Source: Rhizophagus irregularis (Eukaryota). From it: 64,000 nucleotides of DNA. A model generated the notes under the pieces. It saw nothing but the letters and a program-made list of their open reading frames with translations, had not been told where the DNA came from and ran no database searches. The stretch spans positions 3,906,001 to 3,970,000 of the forward strand of contig NC_089435.1 in the NCBI RefSeq assembly GCF_026210795.1, in the 5' to 3' direction. Numbering within the stretch: position 1 is the first letter of the stretch; each line of letters starts with the position of its first letter. The position numbers were made by a program, and so were the translations under genes. Shown piece by piece: positions 22,943 through 35,299 of the stretch.

Positions 22943-23929
22943 TAATATTGGCTTTCTAAGTTAGCAGTTTATAATTTTTATATACTTATTACATCTTCTG
23001 TTTAAAAATTACAAATTTATAAAATAACAGACGTTTTACTCCATAAAAGTAGCATTTTTTTCAAGCACTTCTTCAATGAAAAGTGTCTTGTTTTTTAAGT
23101 TAGATATAATAATAGGTACCAATTTTTTTGTTTTCTTTTATAAGCTGTTGATACTCTAAACGCCTAAACCAACCATAATAATTCTGATACTGTGAACATT
23201 TTTGCAAATGATTCCTCTGTTTTCTCAAGTTGCGCCCATATACGGAGTTGTTCTAAAGTATGAGTAGGGTTGGTCGGCAAGTTCACTTTTTTTATAATCA
23301 TAGATTTTTTATTTTTATTTAAAGCTGTAGTAGGATGATTATGATTCATCACCTTTAGACTTTCTCATAAACTTGCTGTTCCTTTTTCCGGAATATAGTT
23401 ATTACATTCCTTCAAGTTTTTTGACAGCTCTTCATATAGATTAAAACACATCTTTCATAAATAAATTTGCATCATCATTTTCTAATTCAGAATTATTTTT
23501 TCCATTTGAAAGATTTCAAAATTTGAATAAATGTTTAATTCAAAACTGAATAAATTTAGATTTTGGTATAATGATAGTAGTTTGTGATTTTGTTTCTAAC
23601 ACATACTCAACTTTTTCAGTGCAAAGAGATCTAAGTAAAATGCATATAACTGAAAATTTTAGATGTAAATTCATTAAATAATCTCTTTTAATCAACTTAA
23701 AGAGCACCCAACTGATGATATAAGAAAATTTAGAAGCTTTTACCCAATTCAAGGTAATAATAGTTTTAGGAATCAAGATAGGATCTGCTTACTCTTGTAT
23801 ACTTTTGTTTTCACAATGATCCCTTCTAATCGTTTCTTCTAAAACTCTATTAATAAGAAAATAAGCAACTAGTATTTTTGTCATAAGTGAACTTTGAGAA
23901 TGAGGAATTATAATCTCCTGAAACTCCAG

Positions 23930-24622
23930 AACATCTTTTTGAACAAATTGAATATAAAGCAATCCCTATTTTTGAAGCTTTATATCCAGACTGTATAGCT
24001 ATGTTTGCTTTTGATAATAGTTCCAATCATGCTGCTTTTAGCAAAGATGCTTTAGTTGCAAGCCGAATGAACCTAAACCCAAGTGGTAAACAACCAGTTA
24101 TGCGGAATACTTACTTTAGACCAAATAACCAATTACAATCAATAATATTTCCAATAACATATTATGATGAGAAACTTAATGGTAAACCTAAGGGAATTAA
24201 ACAAGTACCACCTGGAGCATTAATATTAGACTGCAAAGAATGCAAAGAAAAGATTCAAGACATTTCAAGAACTACCTGTTGTGCACGTTGAGTAATATCT
24301 TTGGAACCAGATTTTATTGCTCAAAAAGGTGCTATTGAAGAATTAATTGAAAATGCAGGACATAAATGCATTTTTTTCCTAAATTTCACTGTGAATTAAA
24401 CTTTATTGAAAGGTATTGAGGTGCTGCTGAAAGATATTCATGCAAAAATTGTGATTATTCATGGAAAGGATTACAAAAAATTGTTCCTGAAAGTCTTAAT
24501 TCAGTAAACTTGACAACTATTAGAAAATTCTCAAGAAAATGTATTGATGAAAAATTGGTGGAGTATGCTATAAAAAAATATAAATCTCACAGAAAAATTC
24601 TGGAGAGTATCTCAAATGAATA
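23930..24622 (+). pseudogene. IS630/Tc1-like (DDE_3-type) transposase remnant
   Basis: AIPIFEALYPDCIAMFAFDNSSNH and GHKCIFF(x)PKFHCELNFIERY* motifs; TGA at 24289 and frameshifts. Confidence 0.8.
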
Positions 24623-25886
24623 AATTTAATTTTTTTATGTAATGAATTCTTATTTATTTATTTATTTATTTATTTTAAGGCAAGCCAGGGGGATATCATT
24701 GATTATTTGTAGCTAACAAAAACAGTTATAAAAAACACAATAATAATCTTCGTCCAATAGATCAGACCCTGACTAGAATATAAAAAAAAACTATTCTACA
24801 ACTCGACCATTATATAATAGGAACAAGAAAGATCATTCTAGAATGTAGGTAACTAACCCTAAAATGAAAAAAAAAATTCTAACTAACAAAATAATACCAA
24901 TTAGATTAAACTAATTTACGTAATAGGGACAAAATTTCTGCTAAAATTTCCTTGTTATTCTTATCACGATTCTTATTCTTTGAGTTATTCTTTGTCTTCT
25001 TCAAAATAGGTAGATTCTTTGACTGATTATTATTTTGTCGGTCTGACTTTGAGAACGGAACTTTATCCTTCTTTTTAGGCTTATTACTATCTGAAGCTTT
25101 ATTTGTTTTACCAGATTTCTTCTTGTTCGGGGTATTTTTAGCCTTCAGTTTGGGTTGTACTTTCTTCAAGTTAGGAATGGAATATTGGCACCATTTCAAT
25201 TCCTTACCATCTGATAAGAAAAACTGTAGCTTATTTAAGACTTTAAGTGTAGTCTCCCAATTCTCAAAATGGGCCACAAGTTTCCTCCTTCCTTTGCTTG
25301 TTTGTATTATTTTAAATGTACTAGCACTACACTGCATTAAAAATGGGTTTAATTTATGGTCTGACCACAAGGCAGCCATCGTCATATCCTTCAGAATGTC
25401 ATGAATGATGGCTTAGAACTTTTTACGTTATTTTCTTTCTCGTAAAGTCCAACTTGCGGAAAACCATCTTACGGGTATACCTCCTAGGTCTGTCGTCCAA
25501 TATTTATTAAACTGGGAAAGGGCAAATGAGGATAGTGCTATCTTAACTTGAAGAGTCTGGTACTTGTACTGACATTTAACCGAACACTGATAGTATTGCC
25601 CCAAAGTTTTAACTCTACTAATATTTTTGGCAGGTCCCAGATATAGGGATATCGTAAACTATTATGTATCAGATTTGCTCTTGCTCCTCTCTGACAGCTT
25701 TGTATTTGTGTAGCCTCAGGTTCAGATGATTTCTTATCCTTTTGGAAATTTTTGGTTGATGTTTTTGCATCAGGTTTTGCTGGTTTTTGATTTGTTTATC
25801 ATCTGTAATACGCACTTTTTGTTTATCTTTCTTCTGAGAAGTTTCGGGTATTACGAGTTGATCAACAGGGGTCATTTCCATATTAG

Positions 25887-26297
25887 AGGGTCGTCTAAAG
25901 CCATGTTCGATCATGTAACTTGACATTTTATAAATAAGCCATTTTTTTATGAACTAAGATTAATGTAAGTACGAAAGTTATAGAATAAGTGTATTTTGGC
26001 CTGCTTTACAAGTTTACTTAGTGAAAAAAAGCTGGTTTTAAAACTGTTTTTGACTTTACATATGAATGAATAATCTTTGCTGATCATATCCAAAAATGGA
26101 TGACGAAAATAAAAAAATTCAAATAAGTCAAAACCGGTATTCAAAACCCCATATTGTGCACTAAGTAAACTTGCACAGCAGGCAAAAATACACATACTAT
26201 GTGTAACTTGAAAGTTTTATGTATTGGCGAAAAAGTTTTATTTGTAAAAAATAAATTTTTATAAGTCACGTGATCGAACACGGCTTTAGACGACCCC
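25887..26297. mobile_element. MITE family B, copy 2
   Basis: AGGGTCGTCTAAAGCCATGTTCGATC / GATCGAACACGGCTTTAGACGACCCC; TSD (C)ATATTAG. Confidence 0.9.
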
Positions 26298-26304
26298 ATA
26301 TTAG

Positions 26305-27237
26305 CATATGGGCTGATTTGTTTACTCTGCATTAAAAGAGTTATTTGAATTGATTTTCATAATTTTTGTTACTCAAAATTGTTTTGTAATACCAAAAAAT
26401 CATCTGATTGATGATCACTTGACTAAATAATAAGTTGAACAAAAATTTACATTTGCGAAACTTAAATTATTAAATGTAAAAGAGCTGTGAAAAAACCCAT
26501 TTCACTAATAAAAAACCCATTTCTCCTATATATGGAATTTTTAACATATATTATTAAAAAATAAGTATATTTTAATAAAATATAAAGTAAAATAAAAATT
26601 TATATAGTTTTAGTAGCTATAAATATTTATAAAAGTATAATAAAAATATCATATAAAAAATGGTATCATAATAAATATTTTCAAACAATAAAAATAATTA
26701 TTTTATGTCAGAGTATGTATTACTATCTTTAAATGCAAATATATCAAGATTCACTGATCCGTTTTCTAATATTTTAGGCTCGTTGGACAGCCCTTGTTCT
26801 GGACTTTATAGGCGAAAAAAGAACTCGCCGATTGAATCATTAGATCTGGAGATATTTACGTTTAAAGTTGAGGTATGAACTTTTTAACATGCTTAAATGC
26901 AAATATCTTGGGATCCACTGATCCATTTTTTATAAATTTAGGCTCTTTGGAAAGCCCTTGATCTGGTCTATATGAACGACAAAAGAGCTTGCCGATTGGA
27001 TCATTGGATCTGAAGATATTTATGTTTAAAGTTGAGATACAAATTTTTAACATATATAGTAAGTACTAAGAATTATATTAATTTAAAAGAAATATTTACC
27101 AAATTATAGTATAATAACATTAAGTAAAAATTTTTTAATACTCATCCCCAATTTACTGTAAATTATATAGTATTTTGTATAATAAAAATATAATAAAATC
27201 AATATTTTAATTAAAGGTAGACAAATCAGACCATATG
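26305..27237. mobile_element. Non-autonomous TIR element C (CATATGG termini), with an internal 2 x ~163 bp palindromic tandem
   Basis: CATATGGGCTGATTTGTTTAC / GTAGACAAATCAGACCATATG. The retroposon sequence continues on both sides. TSD very short or unclear. Confidence 0.7.
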
Positions 27238-27944
27238 GGCAGTAGTGCTTTACATGAGCCAACTCGAGCCGAGCTACAATCTGGCTTGGCTCAGCTTGAA
27301 GATCTGTGCCAAGCCAAGCCTGAAATAAGCCGAGCCACAAAAAATCTTGGCTCAGCTCAGTTCGAGCGAAGCTTGAGCATGAAAACTTGACAAGAAAAAT
27401 GATGAACGAAGGCATTTCCGAGCTTTATCATAAAAATGTTTTTGCAACGGTTTTACTTTAAATTATTAAAAAAAATGTTGCAAAACGTTTTTTACTTTTA
27501 TATTTATATAAAACGCCGAAACTATTTGTTTCGGCATTTTTCCTTTTGATTTTACATGTAAAAACGCCGAAACTGATAGTTTCGGCATTTTTTTTTCGAT
27601 TTTACATGTAAAAGCGCCAGAATAATTGGTTCCAGTATATTTAGTGCTCTACATGAGCCAAGCCAGCTTGCAAGCTGGCTCAAGCTTTTCAAGCCAAGCC
27701 AAGCCAAGCCATGTTAAAATTGGCTTGACAGCTCACGAGCCAACTTAAAAAAGCTTGAGCTAGTTAATAGGCTTGGCTCAAAAAGCTCAAGCCATAAAAT
27801 GGCTCAGCTCAAAAAGCTCAAGCTGGCTCGCAAGCCATTTAATCCAAATCAAAACGTTAAATAATTCAGTTTAAAAGTTAGTTTTATAATTTTTACATTA
27901 TTTTATTTATTTAATGTTTACAATTATTTTTATTTACAATTTCA

Positions 27945-30626
27945 TTAATCATTTATAATTATTGATCCACCAACATCAGATTTCCACCAGCCTTTAAGGC
28001 ACATTGTTTCTCGTATTGTTGATTCCTTAAGGCTACATCGTTTTTGAACAACTAAGTCTGTTCCACCCGAAAATATTCTTTCCACAGGAGCACTAGTTGC
28101 TATAAAAGATCAAAAATAATAAAATAATAATGTTATAAATTAATAAAATTAATATTATAAATAATAAATTAAAATAAAAAATACTATGAACCTGGTATTG
28201 AAAGGTAATCACGAGCCATTTTTGATAAATTCGGGTACTTAATTTCATGCAACTATAAAAAAAATAATAAATAAATAATAATATAATAAATTATATAATA
28301 AAATTAATAAAATAAACATTAGTATACCTTCCACCACATTAAAATATCAGTTTTACCGGGAGCTACTCCTTCATTTAGATAAATGCTAAGTTCATCTTTT
28401 TCTTCAATTTTTCGCTTTTTGAAGATATGACCAAAAAGTTCATCATCTGCATCATCAGATGGCTCTACATTTTCTGAAATATTCGGTTTATACGTAGTTT
28501 CCCATAAATTTGTAACTTGTTTTCTTGTCTCTTGAATAAATGACTCTTCCCACATATTGTCTTTATAATATTGAAGCTTTATACGAGGATCTAGTACTAT
28601 TATTAAAAAAACAACAATTAAATATTAACTATAAATATATGTATAATAAATTATGTAAAGTGGATAAATTTACCTGTTGCAGCCGTGTATATTAATCCAC
28701 TTGTAAATGTATAATATTTTTTTATTTTTTCAATTGATTGTTTTAATGCACATAAAATCTCATCATTTTCGCTTTCATTATCATCATCACTATCATCATC
28801 ATCCTCCTCCTCATCCTCCTCCTTATCAGATTCTTTTCTTTTATCATATTCATCCTCGAGTTTATCCAATAAAAAATTATACATAGGTATAGTATAAGAT
28901 AATGTCAGGTATTGTTGACTAACACTTAAATCCGTGCATTTTTTATAATGCTATATTATAAAAAAAATTTAATTATTAATATATACATAAATAAGATATT
29001 TACACAATCAAAATAACAACCTGCAATATTCCACGTATTTCTAAAATACGTTCCCATTCCTCTTCCAAAAGTATGTATTTTTTTAAATCTTTATCTGCTG
29101 ATGCTGTATTGTGCAAAGGCTGTATAATTAAAAATTATTAAATTTAATTATAAATTAAAATAAATATTAATAAAATTATATAAATCAAAACCTGTTTTAG
29201 TATTAATGCTCATTCTAACATAATCTCAGTAGAGTTCCACCTGGTAGACACGTCAGGTATCAGCTCGAGTGGTACCATATTTGCTGCAATACATTGTTGT
29301 TTGAATTTTTTCCGACGTTGGGGTGATGCTCGGATTTTTACAATTACCTTACGAAGCTTTAATTTAATAAAATTAGTCAACCATACAAATTTTAACTATG
29401 CTTCACAATACTATATTACCTTGTATATAGTATCTTTCAAATTGTCTTCCGTGTCTTCAGCTTCTTCAAAAGAATTTTCATCTTCATATAGTAGTGGTAC
29501 TTGAAGATTATCAATTAATTTCTTTGCAGCTAAATTTATTACGTATGCAAAACAGTGAACACATTGATTTTTTGGATCAAATGTAATGCTTTTTTTGGCT
29601 AAAGATTGAGAAATTTTATCAAGCATTACATCCATATTAGATGCGTTATCACATGCAACTGCTAAAATCTACAAACAGAACAAATCCATTAGTTGGTTAA
29701 TCATAAAAAAAGAAATCATAGTAAAGATAAGTTTACCTTAGTTGCTATTCCAAAGTCTTCTAGTGATTCTAAAAATTTACTTGACAAGTTTATTCCTGTA
29801 TGAGGACCTGACAGTATACAAAAATCTAACGTAGTACATTTCAATTCCCAATTTTCATTTATCCAATGTACACTAATACCGAGAAAAGGGATTTGATTTT
29901 TACTTGTCTATGCATCAACGGTAAAGGAGAGACGACCAGGTGTTTCCTATTTGATAGTTTTATTGATTTAAATAAAAACAAGTATTGAAATTTTAAATGT
30001 AATAAGATTATTTTATTACCTGTAGTTCTTGTCGAAATCTTTCTTTTGCATTTTTGAAATTTTCGGTTAAATCTCGTCGTAAAGTGTTAGCACAAGGAAT
30101 GTATATGCCAGGCCGAATAAATGAAATCATATCTTTAAATTCTTCATTTTCAATAACGTTAAAAGGCTGATCATTTATTACGACCCAACGAACTGTTCTT
30201 TTTCTAAAACCTTTTTGACTAAACTAAAAAAGTGTACAATAATAATATTAATATTAAATTTAATCTTGATCAATAAAATATACTTGCATTTTCTTTTTCA
30301 GCAGTAACTGTATATTTATCCATTTCCCCAACTTTTCTCTGTTTTTGTTCTTTTTGTACTCTCTGAGCTTCAACAATTTTTGGATGTTTTGCGATATGGC
30401 GCCAAAGTGTAGAAGTTGATTTATCTCCAAAGTTCTTAGAGCAGTAATTACAATACCATCTTTGAGTTTTAAAAGTAAAATATTGATAAGCTTCCGATCT
30501 TTTATTAGATGATAAAGAGCTATTTTCATTTTCGTCAACTTCGATAGCAGGAGAGATTTTTGAAGATGAAGACATTTCGAAAGAATAAAGCAATAAAAAA
30601 GTAAATGTGCCGTTCCTATACTCCAT
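27945..30626 (-). pseudogene. Multi-exon BED-finger hAT (Ac/RICESLEEPER-like) transposase with premature stops
   Basis: WYCNYC..STSTLWRHI BED finger, FTVDA*TS, CDNASN, CFAYVINL, PDVSTRWNST, LDPRIKL, ILMWWK, ARDYLSIPATSAPVERIFS and CLKGW motifs. About 9 GT-AG introns; stops near 29909 and 29210. Confidence 0.92.
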
Positions 30627-30942
30627 ATTGTATATTTTTTATACCACCTGTATTTAAACAAATATACGGCACAAGAAAATAGCACCTGACAATATAAAAA
30701 TGACACATTTAGTAATAGAGAATATTTTTTTTAACGTTTTTCATTTTTTCTTTGTCAAATTTAACGTACATCAGTGTATGAACTGTATGAAGTACCAATT
30801 AAATGCTTGAATTAGATCGATTCATCATGTGACATTCTAGATTGATGATTGATTATCGTATAATCAATCTTTTTTTCTCATTTACGATATAGGTAATTTT
30901 TTTCTTTTAACGTACAGCTTCTGACAGCTCATTTTTCTCTTT

Positions 30943-31400
30943 ATGAACACGGAATCTCGGTAAATATTTCTTATTTCTATACTTTTGTCTTTTAACGAAC
31001 TATACTAACAGTTTATTATTTTTTTTTTTCATTTTTGTAGGTCTGAGATTTCTATTTTAAAGACTGGGGTAAAACTGAACTCATTTCGAAGGTATAGTAT
31101 CTTCCAAAATTATTTTTTTTTATATTACGAGATATTAACTATTATCGCTGATTTTTTTTTTCTTTTGTAGTCTTGTATGCTTAACCTATTGACTTGTTAA
31201 TACAAGGGGTTTCTATAAAGCATAAAGCGGTAAGTATCTTTGCAAAACTTACTGCATGTATTTATTTTTTAATAAGAACACATCTACATTTTTATTTTTT
31301 GTTTTTATAGGTTTATAGAGTATCGATTAGGAATGTTTGACATAGAGTCAGTTTCATTATGAAACTTGTTTTAAACAATTTTGGAGAATTTATATATGTA
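30943..31400 (+). other. Putative spliced divergent transcript inside hAT element E
   Basis: Three ~80-nt GT-AG introns with pyrimidine tracts at 30960-31040, 31092-31170 and 31230-31310; branch-like CTAAC/TTAAC in the first two. Confidence 0.55.
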
Positions 31401-31801
31401 TTTTATTAAATAAAATATTTATAAACGATATAATAAAATAATCAATGAAATAATTTAGATATTTTAAACTATTTAATGATATAATGATTATAAGTACAGT
31501 GGATGATTATTGTTAATTTAACGTCCAATTAATTTTTTTCTTTAGTTATTTAGCGAATAGCAATTATCAATGGATACTATCCGAAATGATCTCTATATAA
31601 ACTTAAATAAAACTCGAGCCAGCTCGAGCCAGCTTGTAACAGGCTCAAGCCAGGATTTTACATAGTTTCTACGACAGCTAGAACAACTCGAGCCAAGATT
31701 TTTTGTGGCTCGGCTCATTACAGGCTTGACTTGCCGCAGTTTTCTGAGCCAAGCTCAAGCTATGCTCTGGCTCGGCTCAAGCCGGCTCATGTAGAGCACT
31801 A

Positions 31802-32580
31802 GGTGTATTTCCTTTTGGTTTTACATGTAAAAATGCCAAAACTGATAGTTTCAGCATTTTATTTTGATTTTACATGTAAAAACGCCAAAACTGATAGTTT
31901 CAGCATTTTTTTTGATTTTACATGTAAAAGCGCCGGAATAATTAGTTCCGACATATTTCCTTTTAGTTTTACATGTAAAAATGCCGAAACTAATAGTTTT
32001 GGCATTTTTTTTCGATTTTACATGTAAGAGCACCAGAATAATTAGTTCCGGCGTATTTCTTTTTGGTTTTACATGTAAAAATGCCAAAACTGATAGTTTC
32101 AGCGTATTTCTTTTAATTTTACATGTAAAAATGCCAAAACGGATAGTTTCGGCATTTTTTTTTCAATTGTACATGTAAAAACGCTGAAATAATTAGTTCC
32201 AGCATTTTTCTTTTTGATTTTACATGTAAAAACACCGAAACTATTAGTTTCAGCATTTTTTTTTTCAATTTTACATGTAAAAACGCCGGAATTATTAGTT
32301 CCAGCGTTTTTTTCGATTTTACATGTAAAAACACCGGAATTATCAGTTCCGGCGGTTTCTTTTTGATTTTACATGTAAAAATGCCAAAACTATTAGTTCC
32401 AGCATTTTTTTTCAATTTTACATGTAAAAAACGCCAGAATCATTAGTTCCGGCGTTTTTTTTCAATTTTACATGTAAAAACGCCAAAACTATTAGTTCTG
32501 GCGTTTTTTCAATTTTACATGTAAAAACGCCGGAATCATTAGTTCTGGCGTTTTTTTTTTCAATTTTACATATAAAAACT
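31802..32580. repeat. ~50-bp palindromic minisatellite, ~16 units (about 2 more at 27510-27640)
   Basis: Unit TTTTACATGTAAAAACGCCGAAACT(A/G)ATAGTTTCGGCATTTTTTT.GAT; ACATGT recurs every 47-52 bp. Confidence 0.95.
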
Positions 32581-35299
32581 TAAATAAACGTTTTTGCAAC
32601 GTTCTTTAATAAACAATGAAAAAAAGTTGCGAAAATGTTTCGTTTATGCATGCATTATTATATAAAAACGTTTCACAACGTTTTTTGTATAATAGCTCGT
32701 TTGGCTCGTGAGCCAGCTCGAGCTTTTGAGCCAAGTCTGTTACAGGATCGAGGATTTTTGAGCTGAGCCTAATAACTGGCTCGAGCTCTTCCAAGCTGGC
32801 TCGTGAGCCACCAAGCCAATTTAATCACGGTTGGCTTGGCATTTCACTTGAAAAGCTTGAGCCATTTCACGTGCAGCTTGGTCATGAGAGCACTAATGGG
32901 CAGTATTGGAGGCGTTTTAACTACTGGTTTTAGTGCTTTTGACCTTAATTCATTAATCTTTTGATTAAATTCAACTACATTAGGTTCATCTGTTGATGAC
33001 TCATCTAACATATCATCTGAAACATCGTCATCCAGGTCGCCAAATTTGTAAAATAATTAGGCAGCAAAATTTTCCCAAGACTTGGACGCAGCTTATATCA
33101 CTATAAAGAATATTAGCAAGAGGGTGGTTGGTTGTATATTCGTAGTTTGAACTTGTGCAGTGAAGTTCGCAGAGTCAGCGGTTTTGCCAAACTTTTCTAT
33201 CAATAACTGGGCTTTATCCACAGCTTTTGATGGATTTTTTTCAAATAAGTCCTTGAAGAAACTGTCCTCTATAAAAGAACCTAAATGAAATGAAAGTGTT
33301 TGATAAAATATATCATTAAATTTAGAAACGAAGTCTACAGCTTCTTCGTATTGTATTTTACTCGTATCCTTAATCATTTTTTTGTATGTAATAAAATTTA
33401 ATAAAGGAAATATGTATTTTTTTAAAAAATTTATTACACAGAAATTTTCGTAAAAATGTCTGCCACCTTATGTAACAAATTCATTTGTATAAGCTAATCT
33501 TATCCAATAAAAATTATTATCACGTGATAATCATCATTTTAAAATTTTGGACTGTTGATAACTTTAGATGTTACGCATCATATTGAAGTTAAGCTAAAAT
33601 TAGAGGAATTTGGCTCAAAAAAGACTGTAGCAATTGCTGATCATACGCCTTTGAATACTTTTTTAGTTTTAAAAAAACTAATCTAAGAGAAAAAAGTGTC
33701 AAATTTTTCAGAAAGTTTTGTTTTTTTTTATCGTAAGGCCAACCGCTCAACCATAACTTTGTTTAACGTATGGGAGGGGTCCCAATCTAGGGGAGGGGGA
33801 CAAAAAATAATACATAAAATAAAATACATGGCCAGAATTACCATTAATTTTGGCCAAAATTTTGACCAAAAGAGTGAGCAAAAATTTTGGATGATAATTC
33901 TGGCTAAAACTTAAAGATTTGTCTAATTCTGGCCTAAATTACATGTATTTTTTTTACATAAAAAATCTAAAAATAGGGGGGGGGTTATGTTAAACGAAAA
34001 ATTAAATTGGTGCGGCTTAAATTAAAGTTCTCTCCTTATATTTTACTTTTTTATAAAAAAAATAAACTTGTTTTCTATTAAACTAGATTGAAATCTGTAT
34101 AATTTTTGAAGAGCCTTGGGATGCTTTAACTTTTTTTAATTCCTGTAAGTTGATTTGGTCACTTAAAATACATTTTTAAAGTAAAAAATACGAGAGGTAA
34201 GAGAAGATCTACTAAATGTTACACAATATGATTTTAGGTTAATGAAACTGACTTTTATATTAAATTAATATAATCCACTAATAAATGTCAAAAATTTAAA
34301 AGATAACTTATTTCCAATAAAAATATTTAATATATAATATTATTACACCATTAAAGTATGACAAATATAAGATCTTTTTTTTTATTTTTTGGTTCTTCAA
34401 AATGCAATTAAATATTTCTATGAAGAGAAATTTTTAATCAGCTATATATATACATATATATATATATACATAATCTTAAATTTAAATAAATATAAACAGA
34501 AAAGTAGACTTAAATATTTTTATTTAATAAAATATTTTATTAATTAAAGTTCTACTGTTTTAAAATGTTAAAAAGGCTCTGTATTTTCATGTAATTACAA
34601 GTTACCATTCCAGAACATTCCAACTCTTTATACAATAATTTCCTTTATAATAAGTATATTCATTAATAGATAAGACTTAAGATCTTTCTAGATTCACTAA
34701 TTAAATTTATATATGCTATATTGCTAATGGGTAGAGGAATCCTGTGAAGATCATAGGAAGTTTAACCTTTTTTTTTTGTTTTTAATGTTTTATAATGGTA
34801 ACATAATCCATAGCAGTATTAGTTTGTAGTTTGTTAAGTATAAACTATGGGATCTGTAAGACTAAAAAAGAATTCATTATAAATGAATTATATCTATATA
34901 GCTCTAAAACTGCTTGACTATACATATGTGAAGTTTTATATAGAATGGTAAGTAGTTTATTTTTATTAAATAGTTTAGGTTACTTTCTTTGGTACTTTGT
35001 ATAAATGTACCTGACTTGTTTATTAATAAATACATAGTGATTAAACAAAAAAAAAAAAGTTATATTAAAATTTTAGATCTGGATTTAAGTTATATATTTA
35101 TTCTTCAAGGTCTTTATCTACTAGTTAATGATCATTAAACTAGCAGTATTAATATTGAATTTTGGAAGCTTAATGAATTTTATGAAATATCTCTAATTAA
35201 TTTATAATTACAAAAGTTCCATTTGTAATTTCTATTATTATTATTATTATTATTTACAAATGTATTATCAAATATTATAAATTCAGTAAAAATAATGTA

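Larger units (their letters stand above)
27642..31801 (-). mobile_element. hAT element E with transposase gene, opposite orientation to D
   Basis: TIR TAGTGCTCTACATGAGCC / GGCTCATGTAGAGCACTA; TSD AGTATATT / GGTGTATT (6/8); GAGCC-rich ends related to D. Confidence 0.92.
27243..32895. mobile_element. Non-autonomous hAT element D carrying a 50-bp minisatellite, interrupted by hAT element E
   Basis: TIR TAGTGCTTTACATGA / TCATGAGAGCACTA; perfect 8-bp TSD ATGGGCAG at 27235-27242 and 32896-32903; dense GAGCC/GGCTC subterminal repeats. Confidence 0.92.
24649..33459 (-). mobile_element. ORF1-only retroposon, copy 4, split by nested DNA elements B, C, D and E
   Basis: (TTTA)n tail at 24649-24675 and a terminus like copy 1. 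ORF remnants 24906-25880 resume at 32904 (TATTGGAGGC) and run to the ATG near 33377 and the 5' leader at ~33459. TSD not identifiable. Confidence 0.87.

Noticed and set aside
31803..32415. ORFs 31803-32027, 31851-32087, 31981-32178 and 32119-32415
   Set aside because: They are translations of the minisatellite on both strands.
31802..32580. CRISPR-like array of palindromic repeats
   Set aside because: The 'spacers' are themselves repeated, there are no cas genes, the context is eukaryotic, and the array lies inside a hAT element. It is a minisatellite.
33733..34020. Possible TIR element TAAGGCC..GTTTAACGTA / TATGTTAAAC..GCGGCTTA
   Set aside because: The inverted match is too degenerate and no TSD was found, so boundaries cannot be supported.
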